Of a stretch of 64,000 nt of DNA, positions 40,359 through 50,454 are shown one piece after another. This DNA comes from an uncultured Alphaproteobacteria bacterium (GTDB lineage: Bacteria > Pseudomonadota > Alphaproteobacteria > Rhizobiales > Rhodomicrobiaceae), in assembly GCA_963773735.1 (NCBI GenBank), contig CAVZCK010000028.1, positions 1-64,000 of the forward strand, written 5' to 3'. Under the pieces are notes generated by a model. It did not search any database. It worked only from the letters and a program-made list of their open reading frames with translations, and was not told the origin of the DNA. Every line of letters begins with the position of its first letter. Positions within the stretch are counted from its first letter, which is position 1. Position numbers and translations under genes: made by a program.

Positions 40359-41642
40359 ATGAGTGCAATTGCGTATCGGGCACAGACAGGTTTGAATATG
40401 GCAATCATGGAAAAGCTCCGGCCCGGCTTGGCTGTGCCGGCCGAAGACCCGGACGATGCCGGAACCGGTCTCGATGGGATGACCCGACAAAGCGCCCTAC
40501 GCGGAGATCAGCAGATCGACGTGCTCCTCATTACCGAGGACGTCGAGCTGAAAGAGCTGCTCGCCGGCGGCTTTGGCGAGAAGAAGCACTTCGTCTTGAA
40601 GGCCATCAAGGGCAAGGTCTCGAATAGCGAGAAATTCCTGAATATGGAGCCGCTGCCGGGCGTTCTTCTCGTCGACCTGAAGAATGCCGCTCCCGATGAC
40701 CTTGCCGCCCTTGAGCGGATCAAACGCGGCCGTTACGTCGATACGCCGATCATCGCCCTTTCCAGCTATCTCGATCAGGAAATCGTCCGCAGACTGGTTC
40801 AGATCAAAATCGACGACTGGCTGCCCAAAGACAGCCCCTTCGTCGACATCTATCGCTCCTGCGAGCGGCTCAATCGCACGCCCCAGGTCGAGAACCGCAA
40901 CAAGGACGCCGTCTGCTATTCCTTCTTCCCGGCGGCAGGCGGCTGCGGCAATACCACGCTTGCGATCCAGACGGCCTTCATTCTCGGCCGCGCCAGCAAG
41001 CCGATGGAGAGCACCTGCCTCGTCGATCTGAATTTCCAGGACGGATCGATCGCCGACTATCTCGACATCCCGCCGGCCTTCCGCATCGAGGAGCTGGCGA
41101 ACGCGCCCGGCCGTCTCGACCGTCAGCTTCTCGAAGTCATGCTGACCCGGCATTCCTCCGGACTTTCCGTCCTCGCGACGCCGCGGGTTCCGGCGAAGTA
41201 TTTCGAAGTCAGCGAGGGCCTGATCGGTGCCGTGCTGGGCCTCCTGTCGCGGTCGTTCGACAATGTCGTGATCGACTTGCCGAAGAACTGGTATCCCTGG
41301 ATGGACAATGTGATCTGGGGTTCGAACTACGTTTACGTCGTGACCAATTTCACGGTTCCCGCCCTGCGCCATGCCCGCTATGTGCTCGATGCGATCGCCG
41401 CAAAGGCGGTCAACGACGCCAAGGTCGGGGTGATCGTCAACAAATACCGGGAAAAGATGTTCGGCGCCGGCCTCAAGAAGGGCGATGCGGAGCAATTGTT
41501 GCGGGACTGGATCGTCGGCTTTGTGCCGGAAAGCGCCGATCTCGTTCAAGACGCGATCAATCGCGGGGTGCCGGTATCCGAAGTCAGCCGGGGCACCAAG
41601 CTGGAAAAGGCGCTGGCACGCATTTTGAGCAACAAGGGCTGA
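40359..41642 (+). CDS. cpaE: Pilus assembly protein CpaE/TadZ (receiver-like N-domain plus MinD/ParA-type ATPase); start ambiguous
   Basis: Deviant Walker A in CYSFFPAAGGCGNTTLAIQTAF. Alternative starts at 40398 and 40407. Confidence 0.75.
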   Translation: MSAIAYRAQTGLNMAIMEKLRPGLAVPAEDPDDAGTGLDGMTRQSALRGDQQIDVLLITEDVELKELLAGGFGEKKHFVLKAIKGKVSNSEKFLNMEPLPGVLLVDLKNAAPDDLAALERIKRGRYVDTPIIALSSYLDQEIVRRLVQIKIDDWLPKDSPFVDIYRSCERLNRTPQVENRNKDAVCYSFFPAAGGCGNTTLAIQTAFILGRASKPMESTCLVDLNFQDGSIADYLDIPPAFRIEELANAPGRLDRQLLEVMLTRHSSGLSVLATPRVPAKYFEVSEGLIGAVLGLLSRSFDNVVIDLPKNWYPWMDNVIWGSNYVYVVTNFTVPALRHARYVLDAIAAKAVNDAKVGVIVNKYREKMFGAGLKKGDAEQLLRDWIVGFVPESADLVQDAINRGVPVSEVSRGTKLEKALARILSNKG

Positions 41643-41676
41643 TTTTCGGGCGCGGTTCGGCGTCGGGTGGTGTGTC

Positions 41677-43080
41677 ATGTCGAATAGATTTCTGCCTGGC
41701 GGCAATAAATTTGGCGGATCCGATCGGCATCACCCTGGGATTCCGCGTGAACCGGCGCCGATGGAGCGGCGGCTCGCCGAGCTGGCCGGGGAAGACAATA
41801 AGCTCATCAAGCAGGAGCTTCTGGAAGCCAAGGTCCGCCTGCACCGCAAGCTGATCGACGATCTCAACCTTCCCATGCTGGAGCGCCTCTCCCGCGAGGA
41901 GCTGCGCGCGCAAATCGCCGAGATCGTCTCCGACTATGTCCGCACCGAGCGCATTCTGTTGAATACGCGCGAGCTCGAGAATTTCACCACAGAAGTTCTC
42001 GACGAGCTGACCGGTCTCGGCCCGATCGAGCCGCTTCTCAAAGACCCCACCATCAGCGACATTCTCATCAACACCCATGAGAAGGTCTATGTCGAGCGCT
42101 TCGGCCAGCTCGAACAGGTGCCCGTCCGCTTCAAGGATGAGGGGCATGTCCTGCGCATCGTCAACAAGATCATCAGCGCCGTCGGCCGGCGCGTCGACGA
42201 ATCGCAGCCGATGGTCGACGCACGCCTGGCGGACGGCTCGCGCATCAACGTCGCCGTTCGGCCGATCGCGGTGGACGGGCCGCTGGTGTCGATCCGCAAA
42301 TTCGCCGAGCAGGCTTACGACCTGGAAGGTCTCGTCTCGGTCGGCAGCCTGACCCAGAAAATGGCCGAGCTGCTTTCAGGCTGCGTTCGGGCGCGGCTTA
42401 CGCTCATGGTCTCGGGCGGCACCGGCAGCGGCAAGACGACGCTGCTCAATGCGCTGTCGACCGCCATCTCTCACAAGGAACGTCTGATCACCATCGAAGA
42501 CGCGGCTGAGCTTCGCCTGCAGCAGCCTCATGTCGGACGGCTCGAAACGCGCCCGCCGAACATCGAAGGCCGCGGCGAGATCCGCCAGCGCGAGCTTGTG
42601 AAGAACGCGCTGCGTATGCGCCCCGACCGCATCATCGTCGGCGAGGTGCGCGGCGAGGAAGCCTTCGACATGCTTCAGGCCATGAATACCGGCCATGAGG
42701 GCTCGATGGTGACCATCCACGCCAATAACCCTCGGGATGCTCTGGCGCGGCTCACGCAGATGGTCGGCATGGCCGGCCTCAACATGTCGGAAACCAGCGT
42801 GCGCACCCAGATCGCCTCGGCGATCTCGATCATCATCCAGCTCCAGCGCTTCAGTGACGGCCGCCGCCGCATCGTCAGCGTCTCGGAAGTGACCGGCATC
42901 GAGCGCGACGTCATCCAGATGCAGGAAATCTTCCGATTCGTGCGGACCGGAACGACGCCCGACGGCCAGGTGCGCGGCGATTTCCGCGCGACAGGCCTGC
43001 GCCCGACCTTCATGGAAGAGCTGCAGGTCAAGGGCTTCGGTTTCACCCAAGACTTTTTCGATCCGGGGCAAGCGCTATGA
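41677..43080 (+). CDS. cpaF: Tad secretion ATPase CpaF/TadA
   Basis: Walker [17 protein letters not shown] plus Asp and His boxes of the type II/IV secretion ATPase family. Confidence 0.9.
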   Translation: MSNRFLPGGNKFGGSDRHHPGIPREPAPMERRLAELAGEDNKLIKQELLEAKVRLHRKLIDDLNLPMLERLSREELRAQIAEIVSDYVRTERILLNTRELENFTTEVLDELTGLGPIEPLLKDPTISDILINTHEKVYVERFGQLEQVPVRFKDEGHVLRIVNKIISAVGRRVDESQPMVDARLADGSRINVAVRPIAVDGPLVSIRKFAEQAYDLEGLVSVGSLTQKMAELLSGCVRARLTLMVSGGTGSGKTTLLNALSTAISHKERLITIEDAAELRLQQPHVGRLETRPPNIEGRGEIRQRELVKNALRMRPDRIIVGEVRGEEAFDMLQAMNTGHEGSMVTIHANNPRDALARLTQMVGMAGLNMSETSVRTQIASAISIIIQLQRFSDGRRRIVSVSEVTGIERDVIQMQEIFRFVRTGTTPDGQVRGDFRATGLRPTFMEELQVKGFGFTQDFFDPGQAL

Positions 43081-44033
43081 ACGCCGCGCAGCTGGTCCCC
43101 ATTCTGGTCTTCGTGGCCGTGCTCTTGACGGTCAATGCGGCCTATCTCGCGCTGTCGGCGTCCAAGGCGCGGCGGAAAAGCGTGGCCCGGCGCCTCGGCG
43201 ATTTCGGCCCGGTGGACGCCAATCAGGCGGAACTCAATCGAATCCGGCGCGGCCGAAGCCTCTCCTCCGACGGCCACTACTCGCTGCCGATCATTTCGCT
43301 CAATCAGCTTATCTTGCAGTCGGGCGTCACGGTCGGTGCGCAAGCCATCATTTTCTCGATGATCTTCATCGCTGCCGGCGCCTATTTCGTCATCGCCATC
43401 CTTCAAAGCAACATCGTGGTCTCCGTCCTCGGCGCGCTCGCCGTCGGCATCGGGCTGCCCACTCTCGTTCTGCGCTCCATGCGAACAGGCCGTCAGCGCA
43501 AATTCGAGGAACAGCTCCCGGAGGCGATCGACGTTCTGGTGCGCGGTCTTAGGGCGGGCCACGCGATCCCCGTTGCCATCGCCACAGTCGGGCGGCAAAT
43601 GCCCGATCCGCTCGGCAGCGAATTCGGGATTACCGGCGCCGAGCTGACCTACGGCCTCGATCTGGAGACGGCGATGGTCAATCTGCGCACGCGCGTCGGC
43701 CAGGCCGACCTGTCGCTGCTGGTGCTTGCCGTCTCGATCCAGGCGAAAATGGGCGGAAATCTCGCCGAAATTCTCGGCAATCTCGCGCGCGTCATCCGGG
43801 AGCGCTTCAAGCTGCGCCGCAAGGCAAAGGCCTTGTCCGCCGAGGGCCGCTATTCCGCGGTTTTCCTCAGCCTGATGCCGGTTGCCCTGTTCGGAATCCT
43901 CTGGCTGATCGCGCCAAATTACTACGGCGACGTCTGGAACGAGTGGTTCGTCAAGCCGGTGCTTGGCGGAGCCATCGGCTGGATGATGATCGGCAATTTC
44001 GTCATGTATCGCATGGTTAAGTTCAGCATCTAA
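43077..44033 (+). CDS. tadB: Tad pilus inner-membrane platform protein TadB
   Basis: GspF/TadB-family TM topology. Start and stop overlap the neighbouring genes. Confidence 0.8.
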   Translation: MNAAQLVPILVFVAVLLTVNAAYLALSASKARRKSVARRLGDFGPVDANQAELNRIRRGRSLSSDGHYSLPIISLNQLILQSGVTVGAQAIIFSMIFIAAGAYFVIAILQSNIVVSVLGALAVGIGLPTLVLRSMRTGRQRKFEEQLPEAIDVLVRGLRAGHAIPVAIATVGRQMPDPLGSEFGITGAELTYGLDLETAMVNLRTRVGQADLSLLVLAVSIQAKMGGNLAEILGNLARVIRERFKLRRKAKALSAEGRYSAVFLSLMPVALFGILWLIAPNYYGDVWNEWFVKPVLGGAIGWMMIGNFVMYRMVKFSI

Positions 44034-45043
44034 TGAATAATATTCTGAGTTACATCGTCAATGCAGGTTATCAGTCCGACAGTTCCGTGCTGTTCGGCGC
44101 GATTTTCTTTACATTCATGTGCATGTTCTTCTTCGTTCTGGCAATCACCGACATGGTTCAGCGCCGGAGCGATATCCGCAAGCGCACGGCGATCGACCGA
44201 GGCCTCGCCGTCTCCTCCGTTGGGCCTGAGCAATCCTGGGAGACGAAGGCCAGATCGCTTCGCTTTCAGAGCTTCGCCGAGAATTCCGCCCTGCTTGGAC
44301 GCGTCGAGCGTGGCCAAAAGGACCGGGAAAAGGAGACTGAGAAGACGAAGCTTCAGCGTGCGCTGGTCAATGCCGGCTTTTTCGGCTCGAACGGCGCCCT
44401 CTGGTTCCAGGCGACGCGGCTGAGCCTGCTGGTCGGACTGCCGCTGATCCTGCATATCGCCCTGATCTCCTCCCATTCGGCGCTTCAGCCTTTGTCCGAG
44501 GTCGGCTTCCTGGCCGCGGTTGGCGGCGTCGGTTTCCTCTTGCCCGGCCGGTATCTCGCCTACCGCGCAAAAGGCATGCGCCAGGAATGCCGCGACGGCT
44601 TTCCCGACTTCATGGATCTGATGGTTGTTTGCGCCGAGGCCGGGCTGAGCCCGCGCGCGGCCATCGATCGGATCGGCCGCGAGATTGCGCACAGCTATCC
44701 CTTTCTCGGCGCCAACCTCTACCTGATGAGTCTGGAGCTGCGGGCGGGCAGTACGCTGTCGGAGGCTGTCGAAAATCTGGCGCGGCGGACCGCCGTGGAG
44801 GAAGTGCTCAATCTCGGTTCGCTGCTCTATCAAACCGAAAAGCTTGGCACCAGCCTCACCGATGCGCTGCGCATATTTAGCGATGAAATGCGCGACAAGC
44901 GGCTGTCTCGCGCCGAAGAAAAGGCTCACGCCTTGCCGGTGAAGCTGACGCTGCCGCTCGGCGTGTACATCTTCCCGGTCATGCTCGTCGTCATCGCTTT
45001 GCCGATCATCGTTCGGATCAAGAATGTATTGTTTGTATTCTAG
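44033..45043 (+). CDS. tadC: Tad pilus inner-membrane platform protein TadC
   Basis: GspF-like domain, paralogous to TadB. Confidence 0.8.
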   Translation: MNNILSYIVNAGYQSDSSVLFGAIFFTFMCMFFFVLAITDMVQRRSDIRKRTAIDRGLAVSSVGPEQSWETKARSLRFQSFAENSALLGRVERGQKDREKETEKTKLQRALVNAGFFGSNGALWFQATRLSLLVGLPLILHIALISSHSALQPLSEVGFLAAVGGVGFLLPGRYLAYRAKGMRQECRDGFPDFMDLMVVCAEAGLSPRAAIDRIGREIAHSYPFLGANLYLMSLELRAGSTLSEAVENLARRTAVEEVLNLGSLLYQTEKLGTSLTDALRIFSDEMRDKRLSRAEEKAHALPVKLTLPLGVYIFPVMLVVIALPIIVRIKNVLFVF

Positions 45044-45069
45044 AATTCACCTGTAAAGGGGGAAGAATA

Positions 45070-45588
45070 ATGAGGGGACAGATTTTGAGACTTCTGATAG
45101 CCGGAACGGTGGCGCTCGCCGCCTCCGGCTGCGGGTCGGCCTTCGAGGGCAACGCCCCCGGAGACGAGCTGACCGGCAACATCACGGACTCATCTTCGTT
45201 CGGTTCCGCCCCGGAGCAGGTCTGGCTGCAAAAGGCCAAGAGCAGCTACCGTAACGGCGATTACGGCCTTGCCGAACGCTACTATCGCCAGGCGATCGAG
45301 GAGCGGCATAACAACGCCGAGGCCTGGCTGGGGCTCGCCGCGTCCTACGACCGGCTGAAGCGGTTCGACCTGGCCGCGCGGGCCTATGAACAGCTCATTC
45401 AGATCGCGGGCAATACGCCGACCGTTCTCAACAATCTGGCCTATCACCAGATGCTGAAAGGCGATTTCACCAGCGCCCGGCAAACGCTTCATGCCGCCGC
45501 GGAAAAGGCGCCCAACAACCCCTATATCAAGAACAATATGGATTTGCTGGATCGCTGGGAGGCGCAGGCCGGCAAGAAGGCGGGCTGA
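45070..45588 (+). CDS. TPR-repeat lipoprotein (TadD-like)
   Basis: Lipobox LAASGC and TPR repeats (AEAWLGLAASYDRLKRFDLAARAYEQ...). Confidence 0.6.
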   Translation: MRGQILRLLIAGTVALAASGCGSAFEGNAPGDELTGNITDSSSFGSAPEQVWLQKAKSSYRNGDYGLAERYYRQAIEERHNNAEAWLGLAASYDRLKRFDLAARAYEQLIQIAGNTPTVLNNLAYHQMLKGDFTSARQTLHAAAEKAPNNPYIKNNMDLLDRWEAQAGKKAG

Positions 45589-45631
45589 TCGACGGCCATC
45601 GCACGCCCGGGATTGCGGTCGCCTATCTGTT

Positions 45632-46135
45632 TCAGCGGACCATGAAGATCGAAGGAGCCACGCAAAGCGCGGCAAGACCGATGGGTATCGCATAAGGGCA
45701 AAGGCCGTTACGCGCCCAGCGGCTCATCTTTCCGATCACCGGCCAGCCCGCGATCGTCGGATAATACGGGAGCATGGACCGCAGCCCGATCAGAGACAGC
45801 GCGAAGACACCGCCGAAAATCGCAAACAGCAGAATGAAGACCGTACCATGAGACGGTCCGGCCCAGACGGTGAGGGCTGTGAGAAATTTGACGTCCCCCG
45901 CGCCCACCCAGCCGAGCCCAAAGGAAGCAAACAAAAGCACGAAGACGACGCCCGCAATTATGACATGCGGCCAAACGGCCGGTATGCCGCCCAACAGAGC
46001 GTACACCGCAAAGCTGACGACGAGCACGATCGAAACGATATTCGGAATTCTAAGGCTGGTAATGTCGGAGATGATCGCAAAGATCACGCAGAACACGAAT
46101 ATCAATGCGAAGATGATCTGCAATGTCTCGTTCAC
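45632..46135 (-). CDS. cpaA: Prepilin peptidase CpaA/TadV (A24 family)
   Basis: Polytopic membrane protein with catalytic Asp motifs (ISDITSLRIPN...GAGDVKFL). Confidence 0.8.
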   Translation of the reverse strand: MNETLQIIFALIFVFCVIFAIISDITSLRIPNIVSIVLVVSFAVYALLGGIPAVWPHVIIAGVVFVLLFASFGLGWVGAGDVKFLTALTVWAGPSHGTVFILLFAIFGGVFALSLIGLRSMLPYYPTIAGWPVIGKMSRWARNGLCPYAIPIGLAALCVAPSIFMVR

Positions 46136-46150
46136 GGGGCCTACCGTTCG

Positions 46151-46564
46151 TTATTGAGTCTCGGGTGGTTCCGGCAGGTCCATCCAGGCGGTAAAGTCAC
46201 CATATTCGAACAGCCTGTCGCCGTCATCGTGCCACTTGTTGAACGCGGCGTTCCAATAGCCGACGATCATGCCGCTCTGACGGCAGAATCCGTCCTTCTT
46301 GTAGAGCAGAACCGGCTGCTCCGTCCTCTGATGCGTTGAAACCCGTTGCCAGACGGCCCCCTTCGTTCCTTGGGGCTCCCAATCGCCGCACCAATGGTAT
46401 GGCCGCGTCCGGAACCAGGAAAAATTTTCGCGCGGCGGATGACGCCGGCACTCGCCGCTTTTATCATCGAAATAGAAGCGGTTTTCCGTATCCGCATCCT
46501 GACAGAAATAACGGCAATTCGCGCAGAGCATTTTCTTGCGATCGATCATGACTAAGCTGGCCAA
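46151..46564 (-). CDS. Cys-rich small hypothetical protein (CxxC...C...C), third gene of the dynamin-like operon
   Basis: 137 aa with CANCRYFC...C...HWCGDW...C motifs. Its GC is lower than that of its neighbours. Confidence 0.4.
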   Translation of the reverse strand: MASLVMIDRKKMLCANCRYFCQDADTENRFYFDDKSGECRRHPPRENFSWFRTRPYHWCGDWEPQGTKGAVWQRVSTHQRTEQPVLLYKKDGFCRQSGMIVGYWNAAFNKWHDDGDRLFEYGDFTAWMDLPEPPETQ

Positions 46565-46622
46565 TGTTTACCGGTCTTCGTTCCCTGTAGGGGCGGCCCA
46601 GCGCCAAGAGACGCCCGCAATG

Positions 46623-47732
46623 CTACGCCGCCTTGTTCTTGAGTGAGATGGATGGCGAGGCGTTGACGAACTCGGCGGCAAGCCGGTTGAGGATCGAGGC
46701 CAGCTCGTGGGCCGGCGAGCCACCCTGTTCCGGACGCCCCACCGCAACCCGTGCCGCCAATTTTCTGAGCAGGCGAGCGGCCCTCTGAAAGCGGCGCGTC
46801 TGCCAGCCCTGAATCAGGCCGGTCATCGCGCTTTCCGCCGCCTCGACATTGCTTTGCTGATGCAGTTGCCGCGCGTCCTCCTGATCGCTGGCGAGGAGCG
46901 ACTGGATAGCGTCCCGCAACGAGATGAGGACCACATCGTCGAACAGTGTCGACGCTTGATGGCGAAGCCGCGCCATGATTTTGGCCTCATCCTTGCCGTG
47001 GCGGATCGCATCCTTATAGGTGACGAGCATCAGCGCCGTCCTGCGGCGGCCGGCTGGTATGCGCTTCCAGGACGCGGCCTCGCTTTCCTTCCAGGCCTGC
47101 GTCGCAAGTGTGCACCAGATCGTCATATCGACTTGACGGAATGCGCGGCTCGACGGACTGCCCGCCGGTCCTTCCGGGTGGGCGCGCACCTCGACGATCT
47201 CCACATTGCGGAGAAAGCCGAGCGGGAGGCAGATTTCGATCAGCTTGGACGGCGCCTGGGGTTCCGGGCGCACGGCAAACATCAGATGCCCCGGTGTGGC
47301 GGACTTCTGGCTGCCGGGTGCTTTTGCGCTGCGGGCATCGTAGATCACGCCGGAGCTTGGCGGTGCGCCCCGCATCTCCGGCTTCACCAGCCGGCCGAAT
47401 GCTTTCGACGTCAACCGGTTTCGCGTGCCGTCGGATTTGACGGCATGAACGGACGCTTCGGCGGCATAACGGATGAGAAGCTCGGTGCCTTCGCCGGCAA
47501 AGCCGCCCGACGGCAGCACCTGATGCTTCAAAAGATAGTTGATCAGCAAAGACTTGCCGGAATTCTGCTCGCCGAGCACGCCCAGCCGGACCGGCCGCGA
47601 CAGGCCGCGCTCGATGCGGGCGAGCGCAAGGTGCACCGGCGCAAACCGCGCCGCCGCCCGCCCGCCGAGATTGCCCAGCGCGAGGCGGATCGCCCTCAGC
47701 TCCGACAGCAGATTATCTTCGGTCATCGGCAC
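46623..47732 (-). CDS. Dynamin-family GTPase, small partner protein
   Basis: G1 motif LGVLGEQNSGKSLLINYLL. Only 14 bp separate it from the upstream large dynamin-like gene. Confidence 0.6.
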   Translation of the reverse strand: MPMTEDNLLSELRAIRLALGNLGGRAAARFAPVHLALARIERGLSRPVRLGVLGEQNSGKSLLINYLLKHQVLPSGGFAGEGTELLIRYAAEASVHAVKSDGTRNRLTSKAFGRLVKPEMRGAPPSSGVIYDARSAKAPGSQKSATPGHLMFAVRPEPQAPSKLIEICLPLGFLRNVEIVEVRAHPEGPAGSPSSRAFRQVDMTIWCTLATQAWKESEAASWKRIPAGRRRTALMLVTYKDAIRHGKDEAKIMARLRHQASTLFDDVVLISLRDAIQSLLASDQEDARQLHQQSNVEAAESAMTGLIQGWQTRRFQRAARLLRKLAARVAVGRPEQGGSPAHELASILNRLAAEFVNASPSISLKNKAA

Positions 47733-47745
47733 CGTTCCGGCACCT

Positions 47746-49905
47746 CTATTTGCTGATCATCTGAATACATTGCCGCCGGATCGCCGACGCCTCGGTGCTC
47801 AGTGCCTCGCAGCGAGCCAAATGCTGGCGGCACTCGGTCAGGAACTGCTCCCAAAAGAACGGGGCCACCCACTCCTTGCGGGCATCGACGCGCCCCATCA
47901 TAGTCTTGCGCGCGCTGACCAGCTCCTGCAACTGCTGCGCTATCGGGTAGATGGCGCTGTAGCTCAGATGGCGCAGCCGGTGCAGCGCGTCGGACACATG
48001 CTCGCGCTGCGTCGCCTCGGCGAGTTCGAAAAGCTCCCCGATCAGATCGAGGAAAGAGCTCGCGACGAGCGCCTTGAACTTGTCCGCCTCCGCGGCATTG
48101 ATTTCGCTGGCGTGGGCGCGCGCGTCCCAATAGCGGTCGATGTCGAGACTGGTGATCTTGCTCAGCGGCAGGATCGACGGCGGCGGCAGGCTGCCCGACT
48201 GAATGCCGAAGCGAACGACGTCATCAAGGTCCGGCAGGGCATTTTTTACCGTCTCGCGCAGCATCGCCTCGGCGTCCTGCTGCCGCGCGACGAACTGCTT
48301 GGAAATTTCCGTGATGTATTTGTAGAAATCTTCGGCGAGCTGCGAGCGGAGCTGGAACATCTGCTCCTGGAATTCGCTGCGAAACGCCGCGTATGAGCCA
48401 TATTGAGTCAGTTTTTCGCGCTGCTGCTCGGCAAAATTATTGACCGTATAGATCATGAACCGGCGCAGCCGGCCGATTTCCTCTCTGATCATATCGGTGA
48501 AATCGCGTTCGCGCGCCGCCAGCGCGCCCTCGACCTGCGCCAGCAAATGCTCAAGCCGCTGCAGGCTGCGGCTCGCCCGCCCGCGAAGCCAGCTATCCCC
48601 GCTATCGCCGCCTTGAAGCGAGTTGATGCCATAGCGGGTCGACGTCGCGGTGTTTTCCGCAATGGCGCCGAGCGTCGAGGCGGCGGGCAGCAGGCGCTCC
48701 GCCGTCACCGAATGCCCGATGAGCTGGGAAATTGCCGAGACGATGGCCGGAATGCCCGAGGCGCGATAGAGCAGCTTTGCCGCCCGCTCGGGTGGCCATT
48801 CGCTTTGCGGCCGCTCGAAGCCGATCTCGCCGCGCCGGGCCATATCCGCGGCGTAATCGGCGAAGGACGACGACAGCATCGCCTTGATCTCATGCGCTTC
48901 ACCCGCAAGCGCGATATTGCCCCAATGCGCGCTCGCCAGAATCACCGGGATCTCGGCGTGGGGAAATTCACGCTTGAGGCTGGCGCGGACATAGGCGGCG
49001 AGGCGGTCCGCCTCGCCGGACGCCATATTGACGAGGTCGATGCGATTCACGACCGCGATGATGCGGTCCTTCTGCAGGCCCTTGAGCATCCGCAACAGGG
49101 CGAGATCGCTCTTGGAGAGCGGCTGCTGCGCCGTGAGCACGACCAGATAGATGTCGGCCTCGCCAAGATTGCCGTGGGTGATCTCGTCGCGGACCAGGAA
49201 CGGATCGTTCACGCCCGGCGTGTCGATGACGACCGACGGGTAGCCGAGCGGCTGCCCTTCGAGGAACACTTCCGCCGTTTTCGTGATGTCGGAAAAGTGG
49301 CGGCCGTCACCCTGGTCGGATGAGCCATCGCCATAGTCTCCGGCACTGACATAGCGCTCCAGGAGCCCGTCGGTGACGGATGAAAACAGGTGGTGCTTGC
49401 CCAGCAGCGACTGATATTGCGCCCCGAGCCGCAGCTCGGCGCGCTTGCGAAGCTCCTCAAGCGGCTCTTCGAGCTGGTCGGGCGTGATCGCGGCGTTGCG
49501 CTCCATGGTCATGGCGCCGGCGCGGCCGCCCGACATGATGCGCTCCCATTCGTCGTCGCTGAAGAACTGAAACAATGCTGTGTTATTACGCTCGGCGGGC
49601 GCCCCGAAATAGAGCTTGGTGATCACCGCCGTCGAGGGATTGATATCGGTCGGCAGCAGATCCGGGCGGCGGATCAAGGCGTTGATCAGCGAACTCTTTC
49701 CAGCCTTGATCTGGCCGATCACGGCGATACGGCAGCTATGAGACTCGAGCTCGCTCAGCAGCGAGTTGACGAAGACGCCGATCCGGCTGTGGATCGCACT
49801 TTGCAGATCCTCACCAAGCTCAAGCACGCGGCGCTTCATGTCCCCCAGCCGGGAGGTGATGCGCACATCGGTCAGGCTGGCGAAATTTTCAGCCGCAGCC
49901 GTCAT
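47746..49905 (-). CDS. Bacterial dynamin-like protein (large GTPase)
   Basis: G1 VIGQIKAGKSSLINAL, G3 DTPGVND, G4 NRID, and a long helical stalk. The ATG at 49905 was chosen for its GGAG Shine-Dalgarno sequence. The ORF extends to a TTG at 50010. Confidence 0.75.
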   Translation of the reverse strand: MTAAAENFASLTDVRITSRLGDMKRRVLELGEDLQSAIHSRIGVFVNSLLSELESHSCRIAVIGQIKAGKSSLINALIRRPDLLPTDINPSTAVITKLYFGAPAERNNTALFQFFSDDEWERIMSGGRAGAMTMERNAAITPDQLEEPLEELRKRAELRLGAQYQSLLGKHHLFSSVTDGLLERYVSAGDYGDGSSDQGDGRHFSDITKTAEVFLEGQPLGYPSVVIDTPGVNDPFLVRDEITHGNLGEADIYLVVLTAQQPLSKSDLALLRMLKGLQKDRIIAVVNRIDLVNMASGEADRLAAYVRASLKREFPHAEIPVILASAHWGNIALAGEAHEIKAMLSSSFADYAADMARRGEIGFERPQSEWPPERAAKLLYRASGIPAIVSAISQLIGHSVTAERLLPAASTLGAIAENTATSTRYGINSLQGGDSGDSWLRGRASRSLQRLEHLLAQVEGALAARERDFTDMIREEIGRLRRFMIYTVNNFAEQQREKLTQYGSYAAFRSEFQEQMFQLRSQLAEDFYKYITEISKQFVARQQDAEAMLRETVKNALPDLDDVVRFGIQSGSLPPPSILPLSKITSLDIDRYWDARAHASEINAAEADKFKALVASSFLDLIGELFELAEATQREHVSDALHRLRHLSYSAIYPIAQQLQELVSARKTMMGRVDARKEWVAPFFWEQFLTECRQHLARCEALSTEASAIRRQCIQMISK

Positions 49906-50337
49906 TGCGGGCTCCGTAAATGCCGCAGCCCTGCCCGCCGGAACCTGTCCGCCGCGCGCTCGCTTATGAGATTTGGCCTCTTGTCTCGCATTCGAGGCAT
50001 CGGTCAACAAAACCCTTCAAATATGCGCAAACACAATGGAGCGGATGGGCTCAATGTCGAAACTCGATCCGCGCGAACCCTGACGTTGCTTTATATCATG
50101 TTTGAATGCGTTATGAATGTCAGACACCACATTCAATTGCGGCTGCGCAAAAATCATGCCTCCATGCGGGGCACTTGCTCGACCGAAACGGTGCAAGCCC
50201 CGAAAATTGCTGGGCCGCTCGCGCCTGCCCTCTCGATATCACATTCCCGCCGCCGCATCTGTCAAGCCTCGAACCGATTCCAGGCCAGCGGCCAAGGATC
50301 GCCAAAAACCGGCAAGATCGTCCGCAGTCTATCTCGC

Positions 50338-50366
50338 CCCAGTCGCCGCATTGGGGCTTTTTTGCG
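50338..50366 (+). terminator. Orphan Rho-independent terminator-like hairpin (GCCCCA-N10-TGGGGC followed by TTTTTT)
   Basis: GC stem plus a T6 tract on the + strand in the divergent intergenic region, with no + strand coding sequence upstream. Confidence 0.45.
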
Positions 50367-50454
50367 GCATCAGCATGGCATTGGACAATACCATCACCGC
50401 CAAGGATCGGAATTTCGTCGCACGAGGCCGACAAAGCGGCATAATGGCTGGATC

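Noticed and set aside
40497-41705. 402-aa minus-strand ORF opposite cpaE
   Set aside because: Antisense to CpaE/TadZ, which has a clear ParA-like Walker motif.
42675-43598. 307-aa minus-strand ORF across the cpaF/tadB junction
   Set aside because: Antisense to two well-supported Tad genes.
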